A stretch of DNA of 64,000 nucleotides, from IMG/VR virus record IMGVR_UViG_3300030433_003054; one strand, 5' to 3'. Shown here piece after piece: positions 28,842 to 37,933 of the stretch. The stretch is from an uncultured virus (IMG/VR IMGVR_UViG_3300030433_003054) (lineage: Duplodnaviria > Heunggongvirae > Uroviricota > Caudoviricetes). Each line of letters begins with the position of its first letter. The first letter of the stretch is position 1. Both the position numbers and the translations under genes were made by a program. The notes beneath the pieces were generated by a model. It saw only the letters and a program-made list of their open reading frames with translations, had not been told where the DNA came from and ran no database searches.

Positions 28842-31010
28842 TTATCCAATTTCCATGATGAATTGTGGAGCTAGAACCATTGCAGAGGTACTTGTGGCAT
28901 ATCCGACAAGGTACACAATATCTCCCGATGAGCTTGGAGGTGTGGCTGTAAGCCCCCCCGCAGTGCCACTAGCATAAAGTTTTTGTCCAGCAGTCAGTCC
29001 ACTTAGACCTGTGATATTACCCACCTGAGCCACAGATATATCCGAACCGTCAACATTAACACAAACACCTAGAACACGACAAGTAGCCTCAGCATTTGCA
29101 TCAGCTTGGATTGCCTGACCACTAGCATTGATCGCTACAACATCGCCAGCCGACAAAGCCCCACTTGAACCGTCTGTAAGGGTAGTTATTTGCTGATAAG
29201 CAACGACGGTATTATCTACATATGCTTTGATAGACTGTTGTGTCGCCAGTCCATTTTCATCATCGGCAGACATATCGTCTTGATCATAGATCGCATCGAC
29301 ACGAGTAGCCCCGTCGCCTGATGTTCCGAAACGTAATCCTTTTGTTGCACTATCGTCTAGTTGTACCAATTCAGAAGCAACGATTGTCGATGAATCTATG
29401 GCTAGAACGGTAGTACTAGCAATCTGTAATGTGTGATTACTAGCAGCATCTAGTAAAATATCAGCAGCAGAATTAAGCTCAATACCACCACTATTAGTAA
29501 CGGTTTCCAGTTTGAGCGCATTGGCAGATGTACCTTCTGAGCTTATGAGTAGGTGTGCGTCTTGATTACCAGTGACCTTGATTTGGAGATCATCATCGGT
29601 AGCAGCAGCAGCCTTAGAGATCACGTTAGCGACTCCGTCAGCTTGATCAAAAGAGATAGACCCGTCAGAACCATCTAAAATTATGTACTGAACCGTATTT
29701 GCAGTATTTGAAATAGCTAATTGATTGCCTCCATAAACAGCAGCACCACCCGAATCAACACCCCAAATACGGGTTCCAGCGATTTGAGTATCTACATTGT
29801 CGTCAGCATCTAAGACGATGTTACCCTCACCAGCAATATTAGCATTGTTCGCTTGTATAGTAAGGGCTTTATTCGATCCATCATTTGCGTCCATCTGAAT
29901 AGTCATAGCATCGTCAGAATCAACGGTCATTAGACCAGCGGATCTCAGGACGACTTGACCACTTGTAGCTGTTTGGAGAGTAAGATTTTGTCCAGTGGAG
30001 GTAATACTAGATGCAGCACCCGAAGCTCCGACGACAAATGAATCGACAGCGGTAGTACCACCGATGGAAACAATACCATTTCCACCACTAGAACCCTGAA
30101 CAGAGAATCCTTGTGCGTCTTGTGAAAGAGTGAAAGAGATAGGGCCAGATGCGTCAGTGGTAATAGTATTTCCCGATGGTGCATCATAGGCTTCTTGGAG
30201 TGTGTTTGCCGCACCAACCTCTGAATAGGTGGCAAAATCACTATCGGCTGACCCTGTTGCTGATTGTAGTACACCAGCATTTGAGGAGCGAAGAGCCATA
30301 AGATTAACTTTGCGAATTGTCACAGCGGTGGACGTACTTTCTGTTTCGCTTGTCACGTCTAGGAGAGCGAATTTAGCATTAACAGTATCGGGAGAGGTTA
30401 ATGTATCCGATTTGAATTCTACGGTTCCAGCAGATGTATTAGTATCGACTACATAAATACCATCATTGTCTGAATTTGTTGTTCCGCTAATTTGTACGAT
30501 ATCTCCATCGGTAAATGTACCCGACGGAATTCCCGAAGCAGTGGAAGCGACGACCTTAGCACGATCTGTTGAGGTTCCCGCAGTGAACGTCAGATTATTT
30601 GTGGTGGTATTGATCAATACCCCTGAGTTTGTTGCTTGATAATTGAACGTTAATCCTGTCTGTTCGTATGATGTACCAACGTATCCAAAATTCAGGTCAA
30701 GGAAATTATCTTTAACTAATACTTGCTCTTCGTCTTGGGATATCAGTGTGCCAGATACAGTAAGATTGCCTGTAATAGATGAATTACCGACAATCGAAGC
30801 ACCACCAGCTTGAATATCTAGTCCACCAGCGACAGCAGTTATTCCACCAGCCGTAGCCGTCACACCGCCAGCCGTAGCGGTTACACCGCCCGTCGTTGCT
30901 GTAAGACCCTCCGCAACAGTGATATCACCATCTACTGAAAGGGTATCCCCTGATGCAACAGTTGTATTTCGATAAGCGGCATCATCATACCCTATACCTT
31001 TAATAGCCAT
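28842..31010 (-). CDS. Putative virion fibre/spike protein (722 aa) with C-terminal cement-like domain
   Basis: Thr/Ser/Gly-rich; heptad repeats TATAGGV; GNLTVSGT..VKDNF..LN and LATQQSIKAYVD motifs typical of phage fibres. Confidence 0.7.
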   Translation of the reverse strand: MAIKGIGYDDAAYRNTTVASGDTLSVDGDITVAEGLTATTGGVTATAGGVTATAGGITAVAGGLDIQAGGASIVGNSSITGNLTVSGTLISQDEEQVLVKDNFLDLNFGYVGTSYEQTGLTFNYQATNSGVLINTTTNNLTFTAGTSTDRAKVVASTASGIPSGTFTDGDIVQISGTTNSDNDGIYVVDTNTSAGTVEFKSDTLTSPDTVNAKFALLDVTSETESTSTAVTIRKVNLMALRSSNAGVLQSATGSADSDFATYSEVGAANTLQEAYDAPSGNTITTDASGPISFTLSQDAQGFSVQGSSGGNGIVSIGGTTAVDSFVVGASGAASSITSTGQNLTLQTATSGQVVLRSAGLMTVDSDDAMTIQMDANDGSNKALTIQANNANIAGEGNIVLDADDNVDTQIAGTRIWGVDSGGAAVYGGNQLAISNTANTVQYIILDGSDGSISFDQADGVANVISKAAAATDDDLQIKVTGNQDAHLLISSEGTSANALKLETVTNSGGIELNSAADILLDAASNHTLQIASTTVLAIDSSTIVASELVQLDDSATKGLRFGTSGDGATRVDAIYDQDDMSADDENGLATQQSIKAYVDNTVVAYQQITTLTDGSSGALSAGDVVAINASGQAIQADANAEATCRVLGVCVNVDGSDISVAQVGNITGLSGLTAGQKLYASGTAGGLTATPPSSSGDIVYLVGYATSTSAMVLAPQFIMEIG

Positions 31011-31042
31011 TTTTTACTCCATGATAATAAAATCTCATTATT

Positions 31043-31071
31043 ATTATGGAGCACTGACCTAAAAAGTGCAA
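31043..31071 (-). promoter_or_regulatory. Sigma70-like promoter
   Basis: TTGCAC-17 bp-CATAAT upstream of 31010. Confidence 0.5.
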
Positions 31072-31087
31072 CGATCACAATTGATCT

Positions 31088-31228
31088 CTATATCGACCCC
31101 TTAAACATCTCTTTAATAGCCGATCTTAGAGCAATCTTTTGTATGAGGATATAGATGAGCTTGGCATCGGACTCATCTATATTTAGAAGGAGTTTATCGA
31201 TTTGATTTTTCGATGCTCCATAGCGCAT
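31088..31228 (-). CDS. Possible 46-aa peptide
   Basis: Translated by hand: MRYGASKNQIDKLLLNIDESDAKLIYILIQKIALRSAIKEMFKGSI. Fills an intergenic gap. Confidence 0.35.
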   Translation of the reverse strand: MRYGASKNQIDKLLLNIDESDAKLIYILIQKIALRSAIKEMFKGSI

Positions 31229-31244
31229 TAAAATTCTTCTTATC

Positions 31245-31700
31245 CTACTCTTCATCATCATCTCTATTTTGATATTTCAGAATATTGATAAAATCTTCTC
31301 CTTCAACGTATGGATAATCGGTTTCAAGAGGTGATTCATTGCCATCATCACTATCCATATCGTCACTAATTGGATCATGTAGCCACGATTTACAGAGGGC
31401 CGCTAGACAATATGTAATGATCCGAAGAGAACACACAGCCATATCTTCGTGACTCATTAATGGACGAATAAACTCAGCATTGGCATCGAAATTCTGAGAG
31501 TTTTCAACGTATACGCATAGCCTCTCCATCAATGGGCCGTCAACGTCTAGCCATAAATGAAGGTTTTTAAGCAATTCGATATATAGCTCAGATTTTAAAT
31601 TCATTGTGTCAGGATCAACGAATTCACCCTCAACAGGGCAATTTAGATCGACAAATGTATCCACTACTCTTTTAACAAATCTCATTAAAAACGGATTCAT
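31245..31700 (-). CDS. Hypothetical acidic protein
   Basis: Likely start MNPFLM, overlapping the exonuclease stop. Confidence 0.65.
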   Translation of the reverse strand: MNPFLMRFVKRVVDTFVDLNCPVEGEFVDPDTMNLKSELYIELLKNLHLWLDVDGPLMERLCVYVENSQNFDANAEFIRPLMSHEDMAVCSLRIITYCLAALCKSWLHDPISDDMDSDDGNESPLETDYPYVEGEDFINILKYQNRDDDEE

Positions 31701-32287
31701 ACGGCCCCCAGTATATACGGCAAAGATTTTATTCTTACATAGGATCTTCTTAGTATACCCATACGGGAGATTTGTCGCCAAAATTTAAAAACGTCCCATG
31801 CGTCTTGAAATGCACTATGGTGTTTGTGCACCTTCCAGCCTAGAAAACGTCTGATCTCATCGAACCCTAGACTTTTCAGGCCCATTGGTACAAGGTGTTC
31901 AAACGCAATTGCATAAGTATCGACTGTTCGCCTTGCATTTAGTGAAGCTCCATGATCTTTATACAAACGTGACAAAAATCCTAGATCGAACTTTACATTG
32001 TGACCAATCCATACTCCCCTATCCTGAGTAAAAAGCCTGATCTTTTCGTATGCTTCTTCTTGTGTTATCGCATCGCTCCATTTTTCAGGACTGTACCCAT
32101 TGACAGCTTGTGCCTGTGGGTGGACGGGAACCCCATCGGGATCTACCTTAGATTGAATAGAGGTAGCATACCCGTTGTGATACCTGACAATGCAAAATTC
32201 TATGATTTTGTCGTTGTGGGATAATCCTGTGGTTTCTACATCTATAAAATAGATCGGTCTATTCCTCATTTTCATCTGAATCATCAT
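31697..32287 (-). CDS. DEDDh 3'-5' exonuclease (DnaQ-like)
   Basis: FIDVETTG, GHNVKFD, HSAFQD. Confidence 0.9.
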   Translation of the reverse strand: MMIQMKMRNRPIYFIDVETTGLSHNDKIIEFCIVRYHNGYATSIQSKVDPDGVPVHPQAQAVNGYSPEKWSDAITQEEAYEKIRLFTQDRGVWIGHNVKFDLGFLSRLYKDHGASLNARRTVDTYAIAFEHLVPMGLKSLGFDEIRRFLGWKVHKHHSAFQDAWDVFKFWRQISRMGILRRSYVRIKSLPYILGAV

Positions 32288-32519
32288 AATACCCTTTTAT
32301 CTTTGGCCAGCCTTTAATATATTGGCCCGACCGTACTGTGTTGTAATCTATCCATTCTAGGGCCTCATCATAGGATAGGCCCAATTCTAAAAATCCTTCG
32401 ATAAGAAGCTCATAGTCGTATAAAACAACCTCTTTAAAACCAATGATCGCTTTGTCGTGGACTTTTCTAGGTTCTAACAATATGCTTCCTTTGGGTATTT
32501 CAACACCATTTATTTTCAT
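32259..32519 (-). CDS. Conserved phage hypothetical protein
   Basis: AIIG..V.YDY..YDEALEWIDYNT..P pattern. Confidence 0.7.
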   Translation of the reverse strand: MKINGVEIPKGSILLEPRKVHDKAIIGFKEVVLYDYELLIEGFLELGLSYDEALEWIDYNTVRSGQYIKGWPKIKGYYDDSDENEE

Positions 32520-32533
32520 TCTTTAACCCATAG

Positions 32534-32559
32534 AAAAAGGTACTCTTTTAAAGAGTACC
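32534..32559 (-). terminator. Terminator, variant of the repeated hairpin family
   Basis: Minus strand GGTACTCTTTAAAAGAGTACC followed by TTTTT. Confidence 0.65.
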
Positions 32560-32579
32560 CAATAAAAATACTGCTTGTG

Positions 32580-33302
32580 TTATACCAGTGCTAAATTGCG
32601 ATCTTTGATATCAGATATGAACTTGGTGATATTTGTAGCTGTTCTGATACCGTTGGCAACACTATCTAGGTGCGCTCCATAGGTCAACGCATTGTACACT
32701 CCCCATAGAGTCTTATCTCCCTCAAACTCTTTGAAAGGAGGCTTTTTCCAGTGTTCCATCGCTTTTAAGTAGGAGCGATGAGGAATAATATTAGACCCTA
32801 GTGCTGACCCGACAATCATAGAACCTTGACGATCTGTGATGTTGACGGTCTTTATATCTTTGATCCATTTAATAGCTGACAAATATCGTACAAGAGCCTG
32901 TTGTTTCATTTTATCAACAAGGATATCCAAATCTCTTATCGCATTGGGAGTGTGTTTTCTGAAAAGCATCATCTCTCCATGTACACACAAATTGGAACAG
33001 ATATAAACCCCTGCACCAGAAACAAACGCAACACTCCGACTTTTATCATAACAGGAACGTACACCCATCATAAAGGGGTGATCACCTTTACCAGTATCGA
33101 AAAAGAGGGTGATAAAAGCTCTTTGGCCGTTCTTAGTGGTTTTGATATTGTTTTGTATGAGCTTGAATCCTAGATCTTCTCCCATACTTTGTGCTGTATC
33201 ATAAAGATAGCGGTGGGAAATGCTTTTATAGGTGTCTGTGCTTGGTGGTGGTTCGCAAAGATCCAATATCCCCGCATCAGTGATTAATTTATTGGCTACC
33301 AT
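32580..33302 (-). CDS. DUF932-family protein
   Basis: TYKSISH, RSCYDKS, ICSNL, RKHT, TLWGVYNALT. Confidence 0.75.
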   Translation of the reverse strand: MVANKLITDAGILDLCEPPPSTDTYKSISHRYLYDTAQSMGEDLGFKLIQNNIKTTKNGQRAFITLFFDTGKGDHPFMMGVRSCYDKSRSVAFVSGAGVYICSNLCVHGEMMLFRKHTPNAIRDLDILVDKMKQQALVRYLSAIKWIKDIKTVNITDRQGSMIVGSALGSNIIPHRSYLKAMEHWKKPPFKEFEGDKTLWGVYNALTYGAHLDSVANGIRTATNITKFISDIKDRNLALV

Positions 33303-33766
33303 TTTTTCTTCTCCATGTTTTTAATGATGGCTTTGATTAGAACAAGTCGTTGACCTGCTGTAAAAGAGCTTAGATTTGCAATCTTCTGTATAGAACCGAT
33401 GATATCCTCATCTTTATTGGATTCGGTTTCGGAGCTTGTATCGTCTACATCACGATTATTACATGTTGCTTGATCTAGGTTGATCGCTCTTTCAGAGATA
33501 TCTTCGCCTGTAATGAGTGCTCGTGCTCTTCTGCGCATCTCAGGAGATAATTCAATCCTAGCCACTCTGCTTGAAATCCCTGTCCCTGTGTTGATATCAT
33601 TTTCTAAAAGATATTGTGTGTATTGGTGATAATGCTTTGTGGCTGTTCTCAGTTTGAGTCTTTTAGGCTCTGTGTCAGAATCCTGTGTGTTCCACGATTT
33701 GTTATAGACCTTAGCTGTGTGCTCAGAGAGATTTTTTACCTGTACTAGATATTTTTCAAAAGTCAC
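33296..33766 (-). CDS. Hypothetical protein with integrase-like N-terminal helices
   Basis: MTFEKYLVQVKNLSEHTAKVY resembles the recombinase N-terminus. Confidence 0.65.
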   Translation of the reverse strand: MTFEKYLVQVKNLSEHTAKVYNKSWNTQDSDTEPKRLKLRTATKHYHQYTQYLLENDINTGTGISSRVARIELSPEMRRRARALITGEDISERAINLDQATCNNRDVDDTSSETESNKDEDIIGSIQKIANLSSFTAGQRLVLIKAIIKNMEKKKW

Positions 33767-33767
33767 T

Positions 33768-33998
33768 TTATTTACTCCTATGTTGTTTTGAATTTGGGCA
33801 TGTATTCCAATGAGGGATAGCGGTGTCTTTAATTACACCCATAGCTTTTTCCCCTGTGTTGACGTAGTGTTTCAGAGAGTAGTTTAAGACTACTCTCTTC
33901 TCGATGCTATTGGCATCTATCGGCATCATTTTTCCTGATTCGATCATGCGAACCCAATAAATATCGGCCCCACATGATTTACACTTACTCTTCTTCAT
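33768..33998 (-). CDS. Small zinc-binding phage protein
   Basis: CKSCGADIYW..GK.MPID..PHWNTCP. Confidence 0.75.
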   Translation of the reverse strand: MKKSKCKSCGADIYWVRMIESGKMMPIDANSIEKRVVLNYSLKHYVNTGEKAMGVIKDTAIPHWNTCPNSKQHRSK

Positions 33999-34332
33999 AT
34001 TTGTTCTCCTCTGAGCTATCATTGCTTATAGTTCTATTGTATAGCTTCCAGTGTAAGTACATGGGGAATCCGACGTTTCTAGGGTTTACGTCCATGATGA
34101 TACGGCTGTATACTGCGGCTGTTAATGGATCTTCCATATCACAATATTGCTTTATATATTCGCATACCTTGACTCCCGTTCCTTCGATATCAACCTCTTT
34201 GTCGTGATCGTCGGGGTTTCTAGGACTTGCCATGAAAAAGAAAGCTGAACAGTGACCAGCATAAAATCCTGCGGCAACATCATCATACAGAGTTTCAATC
34301 TCTGTTTTAGGTTTGAGTGAATATCTACTCAT
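33985..34332 (-). CDS. Hypothetical protein, paralog of 34337..34657
   Basis: Shared MSxYxxKPK..EGTG..C....C..D.LT..Y......P pattern. Confidence 0.7.
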   Translation of the reverse strand: MSRYSLKPKTEIETLYDDVAAGFYAGHCSAFFFMASPRNPDDHDKEVDIEGTGVKVCEYIKQYCDMEDPLTAAVYSRIIMDVNPRNVGFPMYLHWKLYNRTISNDSSEENKYEEE

Positions 34333-34336
34333 AGTT

Positions 34337-34657
34337 TTAGTCCTCCTTAGACTCTGTGTAATATCTCCAATCCTCTTCCTCAGATAGCACTTGGGATTCG
34401 GGATCTAGGTTTAAAAGCAAATCGTGATATATGCGATAGGTTAGATCATCATCTAAATTGCAATGCTCTTCCATCTTTCTGCATATAGTTCGACCTGTAC
34501 CCTCAAATCGTGTTGCAAGCTCCTTGTTCGAATCCTTATCGACGATGAGGAGATAAAAAAGAGGATCATCGGGGTGTTCAAAGCTGTCACACCCGACAAA
34601 AACCTTTTTCTGCCTAGATTTAGGTTTTACTCTGTATTCGCTCATTGGCGGCTCCAT
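34337..34657 (-). CDS. Hypothetical protein, paralog of 33985..34332
   Basis: Same shared pattern. Confidence 0.7.
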   Translation of the reverse strand: MEPPMSEYRVKPKSRQKKVFVGCDSFEHPDDPLFYLLIVDKDSNKELATRFEGTGRTICRKMEEHCNLDDDLTYRIYHDLLLNLDPESQVLSEEEDWRYYTESKED

Positions 34658-34783
34658 TTTCTGTTCAGTGGCCCCCTATCAGAAATAGGGGAGAATAGGC
34701 ACATTGACCCATAAATTAGTATAACGTGAAAATGATATATTTTCACTTTACAAAAAATTAGGGCGGTCAGTTTTTGTCTGCAC

Positions 34784-34809
34784 AAAAAAAGCACCCATAA
34801 AAGGGTGCT
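34784..34809 (-). terminator. Rho-independent terminator
   Basis: Minus strand AGCACCC-TTTTAT-GGGTGCT followed by TTTTTT. Confidence 0.7.
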
Positions 34810-34864
34810 GAAATTTTGAGCAAAGTGTATGAGTGTACGACTTTCTGTTATTTTTCTTAAATTT

Positions 34865-36874
34865 TTAAGCCTTCTCAGGATAGAGCAAGTGTAAAACCGA
34901 AGATGATAATCTCAGGCCCCTAGATGTGAACCATTTCTGCCAATTCTGTTTGTGATGCTTGACCAAATAGACACCTGCTAGGAGATTACCTATCACCTCT
35001 TTTATATTAAACCCATGTAAATAAAAAGCTAGGTTATCGGATTCAGTCCACCCTAATTTTCGCTTTAAAGACAAAGAGGGAGTATACCCTTCTCCATCTC
35101 TGTAAAAAGTGTAAAGCTCTCCATCAATCATCACACCTTTCAGAGTAACATCTTTCTCCTCTCCATACTCTTTAATAGTAAGAGTACTTACTTTGTGGGC
35201 CTTTATATCTTTATGCTTGGCACTAAACTCTTTGAACGTGGGAATTGGCTCAGGGACTTGTGCTAGGTCTTTAAAAAACTTGTCTTGTGTGTCGGGATAG
35301 CTGAATTGGTTTCTGTATCTATCGACAAGCCTCTCAAACAGTGTTTCAATCGACTCATCGGGGGAGAATCCCAATGTTGTGCTTCTTGAATATGGGCCTG
35401 CGCCCTTAATCGGCTCATCTAATGTAAATATTGTTTTTCGCTCTGGTTCCCATTCACTCTCATATGGAACCTCTGAAAATGAATACTTGCTATCTCCATA
35501 AACAGGATCGTGAAATACAAGCTCATATTTTGTCGGGCTTAGTTTGTTCACTGTGTAGGTTGGATAGGGAATAGTCTGTTGCATACCCTTGTATGCTTTA
35601 CGTCCTTCCCGACTGACGAAATTTCTTTCTGCCTTAAAAATACCCCTTCTCTTTATCAGGCTAGACTTAGTGGGAGTCGTCTTTGTGGCCCATTCCTCTA
35701 CTGGGCCTATTGGTTCATTGGTCAGTTCAAAATAAATATCGGTCTGCTTACCTCTTGGAATCTCAGTGTAATTCCCTGCGTATATATGAGGAATTACTTT
35801 GACCTGACGTACCAATAGCGCATCATCTTTGGCCCCGACCACCATATAGCCTGTGATGGGCCAAATTCCCTTCTTAGCCTGAGTCACCTTGTACTTGGTG
35901 TCTTTATAGAATTTGGTTCCTACGGGATACGCATTTTCATTAGCTAACTGTTCAAGGATATCAGTCACCCCTTTAAATGTACCTTCACTTTTTTGCTTGA
36001 ACCATCTATGATAAACCACTTCGGGTGTAAATTCTCCATCTATATAGATTCGTGCGGGAAATTGATAAAAATACGTTCCCCGATCGTTCATTTTGTGAAC
36101 GATCTGTTGTTTATATGTAATCTCTGAGCCAAATATCGTTCCTGATAGTGACATGTTGCGGTTTTGAGTGTCGTATCGGCCTAGCTTCACGTCGTCTAGG
36201 AGTAAGAGCTTCGCTGTTGTTTTTACAACATCATCAAAAATCTCTTTGTTAGCTCTTTTCCTCAGTAGCTTTTCTCTCCCGTCCGAATCCCGTTCATTCC
36301 ACTTTGATACCAATAACTGTTCCCGTCCGAATATATCTTTATCCTCAGCCACCTTTTTTACAAGACCGATGATGTATTCTCTATCGGCTTTCATAAGCAT
36401 CTGAATAACTGGTTCAAAAGCCTGTATGATTACATTTCTAAAATTCCTGACTCTTTCTATAAGAGTCAGGGGAGCTTGTGGTTTTGATTCGGGCTGTGCC
36501 ATTGCCTCAAATCGCAACGGCAATTGCTCGACAATCATCTTTTCAGTCTTATTTAACTCTTCAATAGGGGGATTCTCTAATTCTTCTACCGCTTCGACTA
36601 CAAGCTCTCTCGCCTCTTTACCTAATCCCTCAGCAATGAGATTTTTAGCATTTACATCTACATAGAGCTTGCCACCTGAAAAGTTTTTGTTGTACCATGA
36701 ATTACTTTTCTGCGTACCATCTGATAGAAGCACATTGCTAACATTACCTGTGCGATAAAAATCTACCTGCATATCTAATAGGTCGTGAATATCTATATAG
36801 ATACGATGCAAATCTCCTCTTTTCCACTCTTTGCCCTCTAAAATAGATGGGTCTATATCTTCAATTAAAATCAT
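34865..36874 (-). CDS. Large multidomain hypothetical protein carrying the shared tag
   Basis: Likely start MILIED at 36874 after ATTGGAG; internal EKMIVEQLPLRF. Confidence 0.75.
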   Translation of the reverse strand: MILIEDIDPSILEGKEWKRGDLHRIYIDIHDLLDMQVDFYRTGNVSNVLLSDGTQKSNSWYNKNFSGGKLYVDVNAKNLIAEGLGKEARELVVEAVEELENPPIEELNKTEKMIVEQLPLRFEAMAQPESKPQAPLTLIERVRNFRNVIIQAFEPVIQMLMKADREYIIGLVKKVAEDKDIFGREQLLVSKWNERDSDGREKLLRKRANKEIFDDVVKTTAKLLLLDDVKLGRYDTQNRNMSLSGTIFGSEITYKQQIVHKMNDRGTYFYQFPARIYIDGEFTPEVVYHRWFKQKSEGTFKGVTDILEQLANENAYPVGTKFYKDTKYKVTQAKKGIWPITGYMVVGAKDDALLVRQVKVIPHIYAGNYTEIPRGKQTDIYFELTNEPIGPVEEWATKTTPTKSSLIKRRGIFKAERNFVSREGRKAYKGMQQTIPYPTYTVNKLSPTKYELVFHDPVYGDSKYSFSEVPYESEWEPERKTIFTLDEPIKGAGPYSRSTTLGFSPDESIETLFERLVDRYRNQFSYPDTQDKFFKDLAQVPEPIPTFKEFSAKHKDIKAHKVSTLTIKEYGEEKDVTLKGVMIDGELYTFYRDGEGYTPSLSLKRKLGWTESDNLAFYLHGFNIKEVIGNLLAGVYLVKHHKQNWQKWFTSRGLRLSSSVLHLLYPEKA

Positions 36875-36946
36875 TAAATTCTCCAATGTTGACAATAGGG
36901 AAATATCCCTATGCAATCATAATGAAGGGTTGACACCTTGTCAACC
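36875..36946 (-). promoter_or_regulatory. Near-consensus sigma70 promoter with 5' hairpin and RBS; palindrome over the -35 box
   Basis: TTGACA-17 bp-TATGAT, hairpin ATAGGGA-TATT-TCCCTAT, ATTGGAG. GGTTGACA-CCT-TGTCAACC at 36928-36946. Confidence 0.75.
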
Positions 36947-37043
36947 TCAAAAAGAGGACGACAAACTATGTTCGATGCTATTATATCCTATCTCTTTGTG
37001 ATTTGATATCATGGGGAGCCGTCAATTCCGATCACAAAGAGGT

Positions 37044-37592
37044 TTATATCTCCACGTCGGATTCGACCTCATTACCCCATGCGTCCCAATTCTCCACTCT
37101 CTCTCGTGCAAATAGCTCTATTTTGTTTTGAGTAGGAAACATTTGCTCTATGCGTTTGCGTACCTCTTTGGGCTTCTCTGAGTGTTTACCTCTCATCTTT
37201 GATAAGAATTGACGGACGTTCCTAGCTCCTCTTGGCTGTGGTATTTTACCCCCTTTCTTTTTACCAATTAAACAAATCTCAATCTGGCTCATTGTATAAA
37301 AACTAGGGTTCACACGTTGTTTGTCCCATACAAATCCGATGGTGGCCCAATTGAATCCCCATGCTTTCATTAACTCTATTGCTACATCTAGGTGTGGGGA
37401 GCTTGACCACATGAATATCAAGCAATCATCGCTACATAATGATGGGACTTTGAGCTTCTTCATATCCTTTATGCTCATTGTCGGATAGTGCGTTTTTGCG
37501 CCCCCTGTGTTGGGTTTTCCTTTACCTGCATGTTGGGTCTGATTCTTATAGCTCCATGCTGGGTCAGCATAGATAATTTGATACTTTTTCAT
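37044..37592 (-). CDS. MT-A70-family adenine methyltransferase
   Basis: IIYADPAW, HYPTMS, FMW, AWGF, FVWDK, HSEKP, IELFAR, WDAWGNE. Confidence 0.9.
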   Translation of the reverse strand: MKKYQIIYADPAWSYKNQTQHAGKGKPNTGGAKTHYPTMSIKDMKKLKVPSLCSDDCLIFMWSSSPHLDVAIELMKAWGFNWATIGFVWDKQRVNPSFYTMSQIEICLIGKKKGGKIPQPRGARNVRQFLSKMRGKHSEKPKEVRKRIEQMFPTQNKIELFARERVENWDAWGNEVESDVEI

Positions 37593-37919
37593 TTACCACT
37601 CCACCATATCTATGTAATCATCATGCGAATGGTATTTATCCACTATCTCCTCGTTTAAAGAGAAAGTATAGAGCCACAAATCCGCTAATTCAGAATATCG
37701 GTGCATAGATTCTCGAACAAAACCTATCGACCAATATGGAACCTCTTCACTGGTTGTAATGCAATAGTGTGTAGTTCCATCATTTAAAGTCACTCCTCCA
37801 TCGTTCATTACTTTTATAGATGGATCGATCTTTTCAAGCACCTCTTCTACCTCTTCGATTGTTGTGTAGTGCTCGAAGGGGCCTCCATCATCGACCCATT
37901 GTACACCATATTTATACAT
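37593..37919 (-). CDS. Hypothetical protein
   Basis: AGGAGG RBS; abuts the MT-A70 gene. Confidence 0.7.
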   Translation of the reverse strand: MYKYGVQWVDDGGPFEHYTTIEEVEEVLEKIDPSIKVMNDGGVTLNDGTTHYCITTSEEVPYWSIGFVRESMHRYSELADLWLYTFSLNEEIVDKYHSHDDYIDMVEW

Positions 37920-37933
37920 AATTATAACCTCCT

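Noticed and set aside
30825..30905. 21-bp tandem repeat as a regulatory element (also short repeats near 44036-44066, 63237-63277 and 63925-63953)
   Set aside because: These are in-frame coding repeats (TATAGGV, PQ, TGGATQ and PPQ linkers).
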